Numbered from the stretch's first letter, positions 11,950-25,139 are shown. The stretch is 64,000 nt of DNA from Camelus ferus (GCF_009834535.1 NC_045697.1:38628001-38692000); one strand, 5' to 3'. Numbers and translations: made by a program. The notes: generated by a model from the letters alone, not told the origin.

Positions 11950-13456
11950 TAAAAACATTATGTTAAGTGAGGGAAGCCAGTTAAAACGTATCACCATTAT
12001 ATGATTCCATTTATATCCAGTGTTCCAAATAGGCAAATCCACAGAGATGGAAGGATTAGTGATTGCCAGGTGCACAGAAGGGTAGTGGGTGACGGCTAAT
12101 GGATACAGGATTTCTTTGGGAATTAAAAAAATCTTCTAAACTTAGGTGGTAGAGATTGTTGCCCAGTTTTGTGAATATACAAAAAAAATCATTGAAATAT
12201 ACTCTTTAAAAGGAAGAATTTTATGGTATGTGAATTACATCTCAATAAAGATGTTTAAAAAAAAGGATGAATGTAGCACTGATGAGGTCATACCTAGCTG
12301 AGGTGGTAAGTTCATGTTGGCAGGGGAGAGAAGGGGCTTATTTGCCTCCTCTGAAACCCTAAAACAGGTGGTAGAAATTTGGGACAGAACAGAAAGGGAT
12401 AATTTTGAAGTAGGGCATAATTGCAGAGTATAGCAGGCTAGCTTGGACAGATAAGCTTCTCCCGTTTGCTAAAGGGTTTTGTACCCTGCATTGGGGTACA
12501 TGGTCATCTTGACAGGAGAGAGGACAGATGTGGGGACAGATTCAGGGCATGTTTGGGACTAGCTACCTAAAATGTTTGCCTCTCGTTGACCCCATGACCC
12601 CTGCCTCCCTTGTCCAAAAACTAATGGAAATTCTGCTCCTCTTATATGATACCCTTATTCATTAGTATCTCTCCTTGACCCCTCTCCCACGAACATATTA
12701 AAGGTTTAAGGTAATTTTTAGTCCTGATCCAGTACCTTCACTTTACAAGTGCTATTCGTGTTAGAGATAAGACCAGAATTCAAGCCAGCTGATTTTGCAC
12801 ATGATCATCCTTTTGTCTGGAACAGCCCCACCCCCTACCTCCACCTCCTTCACCGAGTTCATTCCTCTACATCCTTCAGTTTTCTGCACAAACTCACCTT
12901 CCTCAGGGGAACAAACTTTGTCCCGTAAGCCTAGGTCAGGACTCTCTGCCATTGTTCTCACAACTTCCTTTACTTTTCCATATGAGTACGCCTGCATGGC
13001 TTGTCTTTCATTGTATTTCCAGCCTCTAGCACAGTGCCTGGCACATAGCAGGCATTATAATGATTGATTCAATGAATGACTACATGAATCCTGCCCTTCT
13101 TATCATACTGACTCTTCCTACTGTACCAGTCAACGTTTGTCTAATTCATCCTTCAGTTTCCCCCCTGTGGTAAAGAGTATCTCTCCCTCTGACCTGCTGG
13201 AAAAGGAAAATCACATGGTTGCTGTAGTGAGACAGCATGTCACCGATGAAACGACAGTGAAGCTCGGCTCCCTCATTACCGAGTGTGCCTTAGGTCCCCT
13301 GGCCTTGCTGCTTTTCAGAGGATGAAATCAGAAAAGACTTATATTACTTGATCATTTATACTGCAACCATAGAAACCTAGGATGTGCTGAAATTGAAAAG
13401 GGAGTAGAGAAGAGGTACTAAAAGCATTAAATGCATGAAAATTAGAACTAAGCAGG

Positions 13457-13630
13457 AGATAAACAACAAGATCCTACTTTACAGCACAGGAAACTATACT
13501 CCATACTTTGTAATAGCTTATAATGAAAAAGAATATGAAAAGGAGTGTATAAGGAAAAGGAATCACTCTGCTGTACAGTGGAAATTAACACAACATTGTA
13601 AATTGGCTATACTTCAAAAAAAAAAAAAAA
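13457..13630 (+). mobile_element. 5'-truncated L1 3' end
   Basis: CTATACTTCAA followed by a poly(A) tail; TSD AACTAAGCARGAGA at 13446 and 13633. Confidence 0.9.
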
Positions 13631-14591
13631 GAAACTAAGCAAGAGAATTAATTGAGCTGGGCTGAGTAAATCTGGGGGAAGAAGGCTGATGAATCAGTTA
13701 GGGTCATTATTGGAGACAGAAGATGTGGGAGAGGAACAGATCAGAGGCCAGGAGTCCTCTTGTGAATCCAGGTGCTTTCACTCAAGAGCTGTGTGACCTT
13801 AACCAAGCCAGCCTCTTTATCTGTCCATGGATATGGTATCTTCCAGGATTATTATGAGGACAAAAAAATGCGCATAACATTACACTATCTGCTACAAAAA
13901 AGCACTTTACAAACCCAGGGTAATATTATTACTGAGATGAAGAGGAGAGAGATGACTGAGATAACTAGTTTTCTATTTCCAGAGCATAGACCAAAACTAA
14001 ATTGATTCCAAATTCCCCTTGAATTTTTTATGACGTATCCTGTTTCTGTCGTAATTATTAGGTAATTTGGTACTCTGTAGCCCATTGAGGACCATATATT
14101 TTCATAGACAACCAGAGTGTGGGATGAACCTCCAAGATGCTACACAAAATATAGTCTGACTTCAGTCTCTTCCAGCAACTCTAGTTTGTTTGATGAGGAT
14201 AGTTAATTGCTCTTTAGCATTTCATTTGAATGAGACTCACGGATCTGTTTAGGAGGAAAACTGCTGATCAATTACAATTGCCCCTGTTGTCATGGAAACG
14301 AGCTGCAATTGGACTATAATTATATTTCCTTATTCGTGAAGTGAATCCCTAATCATTGCCATGGTAATTACCCAATATCTATGGTCCCAAATTACATGGT
14401 GCTTGTCCAGAAAAGACAAAGGAGAAGGAGTAGGAGGGCTGGCCTGAGACGTGTGTTAACTGTGCAGCTGCAGAGAACCTTCTCCTTTTTGGGGGGGGGG
14501 GGGACTTCCCCTTTGTAGGCTCCTACTCCAAGGTCAGATGATGTCAGTGGGTCTTAGATGTGCCCAGAGTTTATAGTAGTGGCTAGAAGGC

Positions 14592-14960
14592 TGTATCAGG
14601 TAGGGTGATTTCGGCTGTAACAGAAAACCAACTAGTCTAATCTTCAACAGTAATGAAATATATTATCTGATTCCTGATAGTCTGGAAGACTTTCCAAGTT
14701 CCAAAGTCCATTAATGAAGCAACCCAGCAGCAGCATCAAGATCCAGTCTGATTCCTTTTTCTCTCTGGCATTTTCAGGGAGTAAGCTCTTGTCCTCAGGC
14801 TTCTTTTCTCATAGCCCCAAGATGGCTGCCACAGTTCCAGGTGTCACATGCAGATGACAAAGGCCAGGGACAGAAGGGGGATGATCCTTGTCTTCTGTCA
14901 TGTTTTATGAATGGGGAGAATTCCCATTCCCAGAAACATCTCCCCCAGCAAACTCTTCCT
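14592..14960 (-). mobile_element. old MaLR LTR remnant (MLT1J/K-like)
   Basis: GGCTGTAACAGAAAACCCAACT and CAAGATGGCTGCCACAGTTCCAGGTGTCACAT blocks typical of old MLT1. Confidence 0.55.
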
Positions 14961-15598
14961 CCCTTTTCATTGTTCCTTTCACACAAGACCCCACTGCAAA
15001 CAGTAGTTCCAGACAACAGAACTGAAAATGAAGATGGCTCTATTTGACTCCTCCCTACTCTCCTTAGCACTGAGTGCACAGTGGGAGAGGGGTGGAATAG
15101 CAAGACTACAGGGCTAACTTAGTTTGCTTTGCTTTCCTGCTCACCTTCTCTCTCTGCTGTCACCTCCTAGTGCCTAAGCACCAGGCCATAGGCCCATCGT
15201 GCACCCTCTATCCAATCTTCTGCAGAAAACCATGGGCACAGGGCACTGGACCTGGGCTTGGACATCCTAGTAGCATGGGGCATGGCACCCTTCGCTCTCA
15301 GGCAGCAGCACGTGCCACCAAGAAAGAAAGGCAGCCTCTTGGAGGAGAAGTAGAATCAACACCAGAGAGTCTTCAAATGAGCTGTCCATCCAGATGGGCT
15401 CAGTGGGAAAGGAGAATTAAAAGGAAATCCAAAAGCATAGTGCAGTGGCTGTTTTGGTAATTTAGGGGCTAGCATCTAGTTCCTTTTCTCAGGAGCACCC
15501 ACATTTCCTTCCAGGGAATCAACTTTACCTCCCTCTGTGCACTTCTGACAGGACCTAGTGTCTGCTTCCTATCACAGACGCCAAAAGGACCAGGTCTT

Positions 15599-15873
15599 GT
15601 TCTTTTAATTGAAGTATAGTCAGTTACAATGTGTCGATTTCTGGTTTACAGCATAATGTTTCAGTCATGCGTATACATACAGATGTTCATTTTCGTATTC
15701 TTTTTCATTATAGATTATTACAGAATACTGAATATAGTTCCCTGTGCTATACAGAAGAAATTTGGTTTCCTGTCTATTTTATATATAGTAGTTAATATTT
15801 GTGAACCTCCAACTCCTGGTTTGTCCCGTCCCACTCCCTTTCCCCGGGTAACCATAAGTTTGTGTACTGTGCT
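15599..15873 (-). mobile_element. 5'-truncated L1 3' end
   Basis: TTGAAGTATAGTCAG motif; TSD AAAGGACCAGGTCTT (15584) / AAAGGGCCAGATCTT (15874). Confidence 0.9.
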
Positions 15874-16123
15874 AAAGGGCCAGATCTTCTACTTGGCCTC
15901 CCACTGCAGCCTGGCATGAGCTGGGCCCATCAGTCTTTGTCTCCTAGGGCTTTGACTTGGCAGGTGGGTCCAGGAGGTAAGGACGCATGACAGGAGCAGC
16001 CTGTAACTGGCCTTTTCCCACAGTGTGACAGCTGCTGCGGTTCCTGATGCCTAGAGCAGCAGAGCTCTCTACGCCTGTCTTTCTGCGAGCCTTGACACTA
16101 GCTTTTGTTGTTCTTCGAACCCT

Positions 16124-16759
16124 TGTTGTCGAACCCAAGTTCGTGTGCCCAATGCACAGTGAGGCCAAACAAACCCAAATGTCTTGAATTTGGAGCAGGG
16201 AAAGGTTTATTGCAGGGCAGGGCCAAGCAAAGAGAACGGTGTGGCTCATGCTCTGAAGACCCAAACTCCCCGATGGATTTCAGGGAAGCATTTTTAAAGG
16301 CAAGGTGAGGGAGGAGAGTTGCAGGGTGTGTGATCAGCTCATGCACAATTCTCTGATTGGTTGATGGTGAGGTAACAGAGCGGTGTCACAGGGGTTAACA
16401 ATATCTATCTTCAGGCTCCAGTAGGTCTGGGGGCTGCATGCTCATGGCCATCAAGTAGTTAACGTCTTCCATTTGGTGGGGTTTAGCATCTGTAAAACAA
16501 CTCAGGAAATGTGCACTAGATACTGTTATCTGGGTACTTCAGGGAGGAACTAAAGATTCTGTGACTGTTTAGATTCTTGCCAGTCCTCCTGGCCCAACTA
16601 TTTTTGTCACTACGTATTCACACCCTTTCAACAATTCTTGAGCCAGGCTTTTGTGACTCAGGGGAGGCCTGGGAGACTCCAGCTTTTCTGGAGGCAGGCA
16701 GAGGACATGGGGGGAAGGGTCTGTGCCAGGAAGGCCGCGGATGGTCCTGCTTGGTTACA
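16124..16759 (-). mobile_element. ERV1-type solo LTR
   Basis: TG...CA termini, near-TSD CCCT/CCTT; on the minus strand CCAAT (~16356-16360), TTTAAAAA (~16291-16298) and AATAAA (16206-16211) occur in U3-R order. Confidence 0.8.
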
Positions 16760-17679
16760 CCTTCACTCTTCTCCCAGGAGATTTTCTTTCGGTTGAGTGA
16801 GACAAAGTTAGTGCCTGTTGCTTGCAGCTAAGAACTATAATTGACATGGAGTGAAACCTGGAAAACTTGATGAGAGAGAAGGTATGAAATCGCAGGTGGG
16901 AAACAAAACCTGGTGCAGTTCCCTGTTTTGAGTTGAAAAGGAGGCCTAGACGTGACTTTAAAGGTGCTGAACATCCTGACTTGCTCACCCTTTGGCTTCT
17001 CAGAACTTTCCACCATGGCCTCCTATGTAGGCCTGCCCTCCCTGAGAAATACCCACCATCTGAAAATACTCCCCTCCTCCCATCAGTATGTTTGCATCTG
17101 CAGTGTGCTTTCCTCTCCCTCAGTAACTTCTTTATGGGAAACTCATCTGATAAACGAACTACCCTACAGCATTAATCCTTTACTCATCCACTGAGAAAAT
17201 TCACTCACAAACTTTATTTTGTAAAGCCCTGTGGGAGAAACAAAGATCCTAGATGTGACCCCTGCCCTCATGCAGTTCCCAGTACTGTGGTGGAGGCAAG
17301 GTGAGACCATTATCATTACCGGAATCATGTCTGTGTAGCACTTCATATTATGCAAAGGACTTCTACGTTCCCTCTCATTTAAGGCATGATTATAATAACC
17401 ATAACATAAACATGTAAGTAACGAGATACATGCATAGGGCTTTCAAACGGGAAAAAAGACCCACTTCTTCCAAGGAAGCAGGAAAGGCTGTGTGGGGGTG
17501 AGAAGATGTGAGCTGGACCTTGAAGGATGAATAGGAGCTGAACTGAGAAATTGGCCTTGGGCAGTCAGTCCATGGAGAGGAAGAGCCTGTGCAGCGAAGA
17601 GCCCAGAGAGGAGATGTGGGGAACTGAGTGGTTGGGTTGACCTTGCAGGGTGTTTGAAGTAGGGTAGCATTTGATGATA

Positions 17680-17920
17680 ATGGCTAACACTTATGTAAGC
17701 ACTTACATCATTTTAAGTTTTTTGCATACGGTAACTCATCTAATCCTATCAGAAGCTCCGTGAGGTAGGTCCTGTTCTCATCCTCATCTACAGATAAGGA
17801 AACTGAGGCACATGGAGGTTTAGTGACGCCCGAGGCCACACAGCTGGTAAGTAGTGGAAGCAGGTTTCAGAGGCAGGCGCACTGGCTTGAGTCGGAGCGC
17901 TAAATCCCTCCACTACATGA
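17680..17920 (-). mobile_element. MIR SINE
   Basis: ACAGATAAGGAAACTGAGGCAC...GGCCACACAGCTGGTAAGTAGTGGAAGCAGG core; other MIR fragments near 5730-5870, 9890-10030, 19770-19960, 22670-22820, 42480-42670 and 45270-45460. Confidence 0.85.
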
Positions 17921-19811
17921 CTCCATTTCATGGAGCCAGGGTGGTTTAGGGTCCTTAAATGCCAACTTGAAGAGCCTCAAATGCCAAGCCATCACTGTAG
18001 CTTCATCTGGGAGGATTTTGGCAAAAAGGAACCACTGGAGGTTTCTGAGCTGGCAGATTAACTGCTTGAAGATTATGGTAGGGTTTGCGGGGAAGTGGAG
18101 TTGAAGAGGACTCTGGTTGGAGACGATTTGCAGATGTCAATGATAATACCGAAATAAGCAGAGGATCCGCCGAGGGCAGTTGAAGGGCCAATGAGTGTCT
18201 TACTGTCACTGTCCCCTGGCTGCAGTTCTGTCTTGATCCGGTCTTTCTCTTCACCTCCCTGGGGCCTCACCTTCTTTGTCCGAAAGGATTCTAGTTGTGG
18301 CCTCCGTGATCAGAGTCAGCAGTGACTGCTGGCTGTGTGAGGACTGCCATCTGTCGGAGCTGACGCTGCCCTGGGTTAGTGCCTAGCTCTTTTACTGCTG
18401 GCTTCCTTCCCGGCCCCTCTTGAGGTGTGGTGAGCAGCTCTCTGGGCCTCCAGGCGCCGTCGTGGAGGAGTGTGTCAGGAAGAACCGAGTGCAGGCTTAA
18501 AATGGGTCCAGGAGCTCAGGATTCCAGGTCCAGGATTTGCACAGATTTGATTTCTGTGTTAATTTTGAAGGATATCTGCATGTGAAAGGACGGTTGCTGT
18601 TACTCATTAAAGACTTTTGCCCTCTTCCTTTCCTCTAACCTGGAGCTGACCTCACTTACAAAATATTATAGCACATAGCGTGAGGGATGAGAGGAGCAAA
18701 GAAATACGAAAGATTGTGGTTTTGTGGGAAACACCTGATGAGTTTGATGTTGTCCGTGTTGAGTTTGCAGAGACAGTGGGAATAGCCAGGCAGCAGGGTC
18801 CATTGTGTAGCCGGAGACCCGTGGGTAGAAGAGAGGGTCATAGTGGAATTAGATAGACAGCTATTAAAAGTGATTGTTACAGCCCAGAAGGTAGTAGACT
18901 CAGGCTCTCCTACCCTCTCTGCCTTTAGAAGGATAACCGGAGGAGTCAGTGAAGAGTTGAGAGGACGAAAAGCTGGTTTCCATGGGCTGACTCAATGCCT
19001 CTGATTAGATGTTTGGAATCCGAACCTCTCTGCCAGTAACTATATTACCAGTGACAACAACAACAGCAAAGCCAGGACAGAAATATGGAAATGAGACTTA
19101 CGACATGTCAGCTGTGCCTCTGTCTGTCCATAAGACCCCAGTCATTTCTGCTCTTTGGACGTCCAAGTCCAAACGGACCATTTTTCTGACATCTATAAGT
19201 CATGGCTCTGTGGGTCTTCTCTAAGCTCAGAGCCCAGTGTTCTCCTAAATTTCCCAAATGGGCCTCTCTTCATTCCTTCCAGAGTTTGCTTTTTCCTACA
19301 TGTGCTTTGTTTTTAACTTCAGATCTTGTTTAAATTAAAATGACTGCAAGTGACTGTATTGACGATCCTTCAGTTAAAAATCTGGGGGATTTTAGAGGTC
19401 TTCTATTCATCTCACAGCCAAGCATCACAAGAGAAAGTTCCCCCACAGCTAGTCCTGTGTCTTCCGTGAGCAGATATTCCAGGGGGAGCGTTGGATCATT
19501 GAGGCTCAGTGGCCCCTCCCCTCTTGGCTCATTCCTAATGAACAGAAGGCGGACGGGGATTGGCCTGTTTCACAGCCAGTTGTAAAAGGTCTTTAAATGT
19601 CAAGAATAAAAAAGTCCAGATGAACTCTGCTAAGGTGCAGTTTGTGGTAAATTGGCCCTTCACCTCCCAATCCTGTAATTCGTAGTTCCCAGCTGGTTAA
19701 GGACAATGGTCCCACCAAGCTCTTTGTTCCTTAGAACATAGTTTCAAGCTGAGATCTCCACAGGTGGGCTATTCAGTTTCCATTCCAGCCCTGACTTAAA
19801 ATCTGGAACAT

Positions 19812-19892
19812 TGGGTGCAGGTCAAGGGATCAAAAAGGCTCAGGGCGGCTGCCAAGAGGAGGAGAAGGCAGCCGAGCTGTAGGCAATCTCAG
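19812..19892 (+). repeat. 81-bp dispersed direct duplicate of 20508-20588
   Basis: 77/81 identical, offset 696 bp. Confidence 0.95.
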
Positions 19893-20309
19893 AGCAATGC
19901 TGGGCAATGTTCTTACCCCCTCTTTGTCTCAGCTTCCTCTTCAGAGAAAAGGAAATCATCTATATGGCAGAGTTGTTTGGAGCCGAAGTTGGTAACCATG
20001 ATCACCAAAGATTTAAAGTTACGCAAATTGCCAAGCATGTAATGTTAACTTGCATTACAGAAACAATTATTTCAAAGAGTGTTCATTCATGAAACTAATA
20101 AACAATGACCATTCTCCTCCAGTGTTTCTTCTCAGAGCTTTAAAGTGGGATGAAGCCCAATATAAGAAGAAAAAGGTACAAATATTTTTCATCACTTTGA
20201 AAAGTAATCCTCTTAAGAGCAACGGCCATATCAATAAGTAGTTTCTGACATGGGTAGAAACTTAATAAATATCAAAAAGTTATTTAGTTACTTTCACTTC
20301 TGGCTGTGA

Positions 20310-22600
20310 TGAAGCAAACCACGGCTCCCACCAAGAACAACTAGAAATACATATAGAATGGTAAAACAAAGACATTTGTCTGAAGGTGTCAGGTTGCTGC
20401 TAAGGCACCAGACTGAAGCAGTGAAACCTTGGAGAAAAGGGAAGCCCCATGGAGTTGAGCCCAGCTTCCTGCATATTGCTTCTCTCCTGTGGGCATTAGT
20501 TTTCTCCTGGGTGCAGGTCAAGGGATCAAAAAGGTGCAGGGTGGCTGCCAAGAGGAGGAGAAGGCAGCAGAGCTGTAGGCAATCTCAGGGGGCTGGGAAC
20601 ACAAAGATTAGAGTCCGAGACAGCCAGGACTTGAGGGACTAAATTCCCCAGGAGAAGAAAAGCTCAGAAGAATGAACCTAAATCTGGGCAGCAGTTTTCC
20701 TTTTAAGGCACCTGTTGATAAAGCTGCACAAGGATAGCGGCTGAAAAATCAAGGCAGAGTTTTTGGCAGCCTGTGGTGATGGAGAGACAGAAATTGGAGA
20801 ATGAGACCCACCAAGGAGAAGGGGCTTAGGAAGTAACCTGGTTCTTAGTTGAGACTCCAGGAGGCCTGTCCCCTAGAAGTGGGACAAAGCAGAGGTAGTC
20901 TGAACCTTACAAAGATTGCTGACCAGCCATGATTAGCTTGGTCCCTCATGGGATTGAGGTGAACTGCTCCTTTGCTGCCTGTGAGAGAAGCCAGCAGATC
21001 CTCTCTAGAAGGAGAAAACCTACCCTCTACAATTTTTCAGGCATTATGTGTAGAATTCAATTAAAAAAAAAAATTACCAGGCAGTTAAGAAACAGACTAT
21101 GGAGAAAACATGATAATAGACCCTATGAGGACTAAGATATTGCAGTTTCAGACAGAGCCTTTTAAAATTGTGATTCATATATTCAACAAAATAGTTGACA
21201 AGATGGAGAATTTCACTAGAGAACTGGAATCTATTAAAAAAATCAGATGGAGTGGGAGAGGGTGTAGCTCAATGGTAGAGCACATGCTTAGCATGCACAA
21301 GGTCCTGGGTTCGATCCCCAGTGCCTCCATTTAAAAAATGAATAAATAAATGAACCTAATTACACCCCCCCAAAAAAAAGTAGAAATGAAAAGAATCTAA
21401 TGGAAATTCTAAATCTGAAAAATGCTACTGATAGTAGGAACTCAGTAGGTAATTTTTAACAGCAAACTGGACACCACTAAAGATTAATGAGCTGAAAGAG
21501 GTAGGTCAGTAGGAAAATCTAGACTGAATCATATTGGGTGAAAAGAATGACAGATACAGAAAAGAGCATGAAAGACATGTAGCTCATGTGGAAAAGTTCA
21601 AACACTGGAGACTCGGGGGGAGTAGAGGAAAAATAGGGCAGAAGCAGTATTTGAAGAAAGAATGGCTGAGAATTTTTCCAAATTGATGAAAGATACCAAG
21701 CCACAAGTTTAAGGGACATTATGTACCACAAGCTAGATGAATTCACATCTAGCCACAATAGAGTAAAACTCAGAAAACCAAAGAAAAATCTTAAAATCAG
21801 CTATAAATAAGACACTGTGTGTCTTTTCAAAGAAGCAGTAATATAGTGCATTGGCAAAAACTCTATAGCTCATGTCATAACTTAAGGTAAAATCTTGAAT
21901 GCTTTTCTGCTCAATTAGGAAACATGACAAAGTCTATCATCACCACTTGTATGTAAGTTTGTGTGAAGATCCTAGATAATGCAGTATGGCAGAAACAGAG
22001 AGAGGGAGGGAGGGAGGGAAAAGTAACATTGAAAATGAAAAAATTAAACTGTCTTTTGCCATAGACAACCTGATTGTATACACAGAAAATCCAAAAGACA
22101 CAACAATCATATGATTAATTAATAAATTTAGCCTAGTTATAAGATCAATAATAAAAAACCAAGTGACATTTTAATATTCTACCAAAAAACAATTAAAAAA
22201 TAAAAATTTTAACTTATACCATTTATAGTAGATTCAGAAACATCAAATATGTGTAAGATTTCTACACAGAAAACTACAGAACAATATTGAGAGAAAGTAA
22301 AGAGGATCTAAGTAAACGAAGGGATATCCAATGTTCATGGATTAAAAAATTGACTTGTAAAGATGTCAGTTATCCCAAAATTTATATATGGATCTAATGC
22401 CATCACAGAAGTAGTCCTAGGAGTGTGTTAGAGAATGTGTGTGTGTAAGTTTATGTAGAAATGCAGAGACAAGAACAGCCATCTGGGGAAAAAAAAAAAA
22501 AGCTGGGGAATATAAACTGCTATATATCAAGACTCATTAAAAATCGATGGTAACTAAGACAGTGCGGGATTATTGCTGTGAAAACAGACAGACCCATGGA
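20310..22600 (+). mobile_element. old fragmented L1 (5' region, ORF1 and ORF2 pieces)
   Basis: A-rich ORF1-like text (GAGAATTTCACTAGAGAACTGGAATCT; GAATGGCTGAGAATTTTTCCAAATTGATGAAAGA) and ORF2-like CCAATGTTCATGGATT...AAAGATGTCAGTT. Confidence 0.7.
21252..21388 (+). mobile_element. tRNA-Ala-derived SINE (vic-1-like) inserted in old L1
   Basis: A and B boxes, TTAGCAT anticodon-loop remnant; degenerate TSD AAAAAAATCAGATGGA (21236) / AAAAGAATCTAATGGA (21389). Confidence 0.85.
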
Positions 22601-23837
22601 ACACAGGCCAGAAACGGATTCACACGTACACAGTCACTTAATTTATGGCAGGTGACTCACCATCTTCAAGCCTTAGTTTCCTCATCTATAAATAGGTTTA
22701 ATGAGAGTGCCTACCACATAAGGTTTAAATATTATCTATCAAAAGGATTCTGGTGTGTATTAAAGAAGCTAGCACATATGCAGGGGACATAGCAAGTGCT
22801 CAGTAGAATTTAGCCAGTTTTAGTACTTCCACTGTGACTACCACTATTATTACAATTATTACTACCACTATTCCTACTCTTCATTTTCTCTATTTTTCAA
22901 TATGACCATCTAGAAGTGGGGACATCAAATCCTGGCTGGCAACAAGGAACATCTGGGGCAACGCAGTGAGCAGGAGAGTGTCCGTTCTTAGCCTTCCTGG
23001 AAAAAGAATGAGAACAGGAGTTAAACTTCATGATTCAGTCAAAAGATTGACTTAGAAACTATAAGAGAGCTTGGCCTAGTGCTGGTGTATCGTGTACATG
23101 CAACTGTGAGACATTAGTCAATGCTTGTTAAGCATCTGACATGGACTTGTGCATGTGTGTGTCTGTAAGAACAGCTGAGAGCCTGTGTGTGTATATAAAC
23201 CATTTATAAAAACGCTTTCTAGAAAATGACACCAGTTACCTCTTCCTTCATCTGAATCATAGCCTAGGGATCTGAGAAAAAAGTTTAGACGGGGTATTAA
23301 AAGGTCTGATTCCATTACTTTGAATGAAAAGTTTATCTCATAGCATCTTTAGGTGAACTTGGAAGTTCATTTTGTAGCATAGGTCACAAAGTCTCTGAGG
23401 ACAGGGAGATCGTGACATGTCTCATTTCCTTTCACATTAACATTCATATCCTAAAACAAAGCCTCATACTTCATCAAGTGGGTTGCTGCTGCACAGTGAA
23501 GGCTTACCCATCATTCCAGCTATTTAGCATCTCCAACGCTCCCATATTGCAGCCCACGGGGCACTAGCATCCTGTCTTCCTCTCCCACTGATCCGCCCAA
23601 ACTCCATCTCACTCATGGGAAGGAATACTGGAGCCCTTCCACCACTCTGAAACACAGGCAGCTGCCTGGCATGAGACTGTATTCAGTAGATCTGAATTCA
23701 GTTTCTCCCACGGCCACTTGTACGTGGGTGACTTTAAATAAGGTTATTTACACCCTGAGTTTTATTCGCAGCAAGTTTTGGTGATGAGATAATGAAAGTA
23801 AAACTTTCCGCATGGTGTTGTCACCAAAGTAAGAGCA

Positions 23838-23887
23838 GGTGGTGGTGATGATGGTGATGATGACGATGATGATGATGATGATGATTA
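23838..23887. repeat. (GGT/GAT)n microsatellite
   Basis: GGTGGTGGTGATGATGGTGATGATGACGATGATGATGAT... Confidence 0.95.
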
Positions 23888-25003
23888 CCAAAGATCACAC
23901 AGCCAGGAGGCTCACATCCAAGCATTTGCTTCTAAACCTCATGTGCTTTGTTACCATGCTGCTTGTTATTTGGCAAATTTGATGATATGATTTGGTACTG
24001 AGTCTCCCCAGGTAGGTCTGGACCTGGTTGGGACCCTGCCCACTGTCTTTCTGTAGTTCAGTTCAGAAGTACCAGCCAGAGGACCCCTTTCCCCCAGTGC
24101 TGGCTCTTCCTTCCTGCCGTTGGTCACTGATAAAACCTCCAGGTGGGACCGCTTTCTGGGGAGGAGAGAGAGTGAGGTGGGGTACTATCACCCCAGGAGA
24201 ACTGCCTGTGTGCCTGGCTTCGAGGAGTGTGCCTGCCTTGCCTTACGGAGGGTGTGTGAATCTGCCTGCCCCTGTGTTTTCCTTCCCAGAGATAACTTAA
24301 TTTCCAAGATCAAGTAAGGAACGGCTGGCTTCTGCAGTTCACCCAACCTGTATTCCCAGTCAGGTAGAAGTCCAGACTTCCTTGAAGTCCAGCCCTTCAA
24401 CTGAAAAATGTTTATTGCTGGATACATACCACCAAAAGCTGCTCAGTGCATGAAGCCCATCGGAATCTTCCTAACACACATTTCTCCCCCTTTCTCTGAA
24501 TTTCTAAAGAGTCTCGACAGAGAGACTATTCCCATAGTCCTGGTCAGCAATTCGAGTCCTTGTCAAGTCCTTATTTGAGATGCATGTATCTTTCTTCCTA
24601 ATTTGATTGCAATCTGAAAGAAGCTCTTACCTCTTACTTCTAGATCTGCATGTTACTTAAAAAGTACTGGCTGGAAGACTTACGAGAGTAAAGCTGATAG
24701 TGACAGCCCATCAGGAGAAAGTCCCCTGCAGTTAAAATTCCTGTAGCAATCTTTGAGTTCTCCCAGTGAGTGGCTCTGAAACATTGTTGTGTTGGAGACA
24801 TGCTCCCTTATTCCTGTGGGACCCTTCTGTCTACCCAGCTCCTTGGCTGACCCCTATCAGAAAAGGACCCCATTGCTGGAAGTGCTTTCTGAATGAGACA
24901 GTGCATGTGGGTGGAGTCCCCTAAATCAGGAGGAGCAAGAAACTGAATTGCCAGAAGGAATCTTATCATCCTAATAAAATGAAGCACATGATTTGCATTC
25001 CAG

Positions 25004-25139
25004 GTCCTTCAACTATTCTTTGGGAACCCGGGCGTTTTCCCATGACAGTATTTTTATCCCTGATGGGGGAGCAGAAAGTGAGCAGACAGTTCAAGCAATG
25101 TCACAGGACAACATCCTGGGCAAAGTCAAAACTCTTCAG
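25004..25139 (+). CDS. CRACD: CRACD exon (SFNYSLGTRAFSHDSIFIPDGGAESEQTVQAMSQDNILGKVKTLQ)
   Basis: ttccag acceptor, CAG|gtaaga donor; matches the recalled human CRACD N-terminus (M)GTRAFSHDSIF. Confidence 0.93.

Larger units (their letters stand above)
10410..12262 (+). mobile_element. old L1 ORF2/3' end remnant, interrupted twice
   Basis: RT-region DNA (TTTGCAGATGCCATGATC ~11006), C-terminal CCATATGACCCAGCAACTCCACTCC, and a 3' end CTCAATAAAG...AAAA at ~12241-12263. Confidence 0.85.

Noticed and set aside
14491..14503. G13 homopolymer (and C run at ~38043-38055)
   Set aside because: Simple homopolymers of uncertain length in assemblies; no supporting structure
21252..21330. tRNA-Ala gene-like sequences (also 5889 and 31945)
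   Set aside because: A-rich tails, TSDs and mutual divergence identify them as SINEs, not tRNA genes
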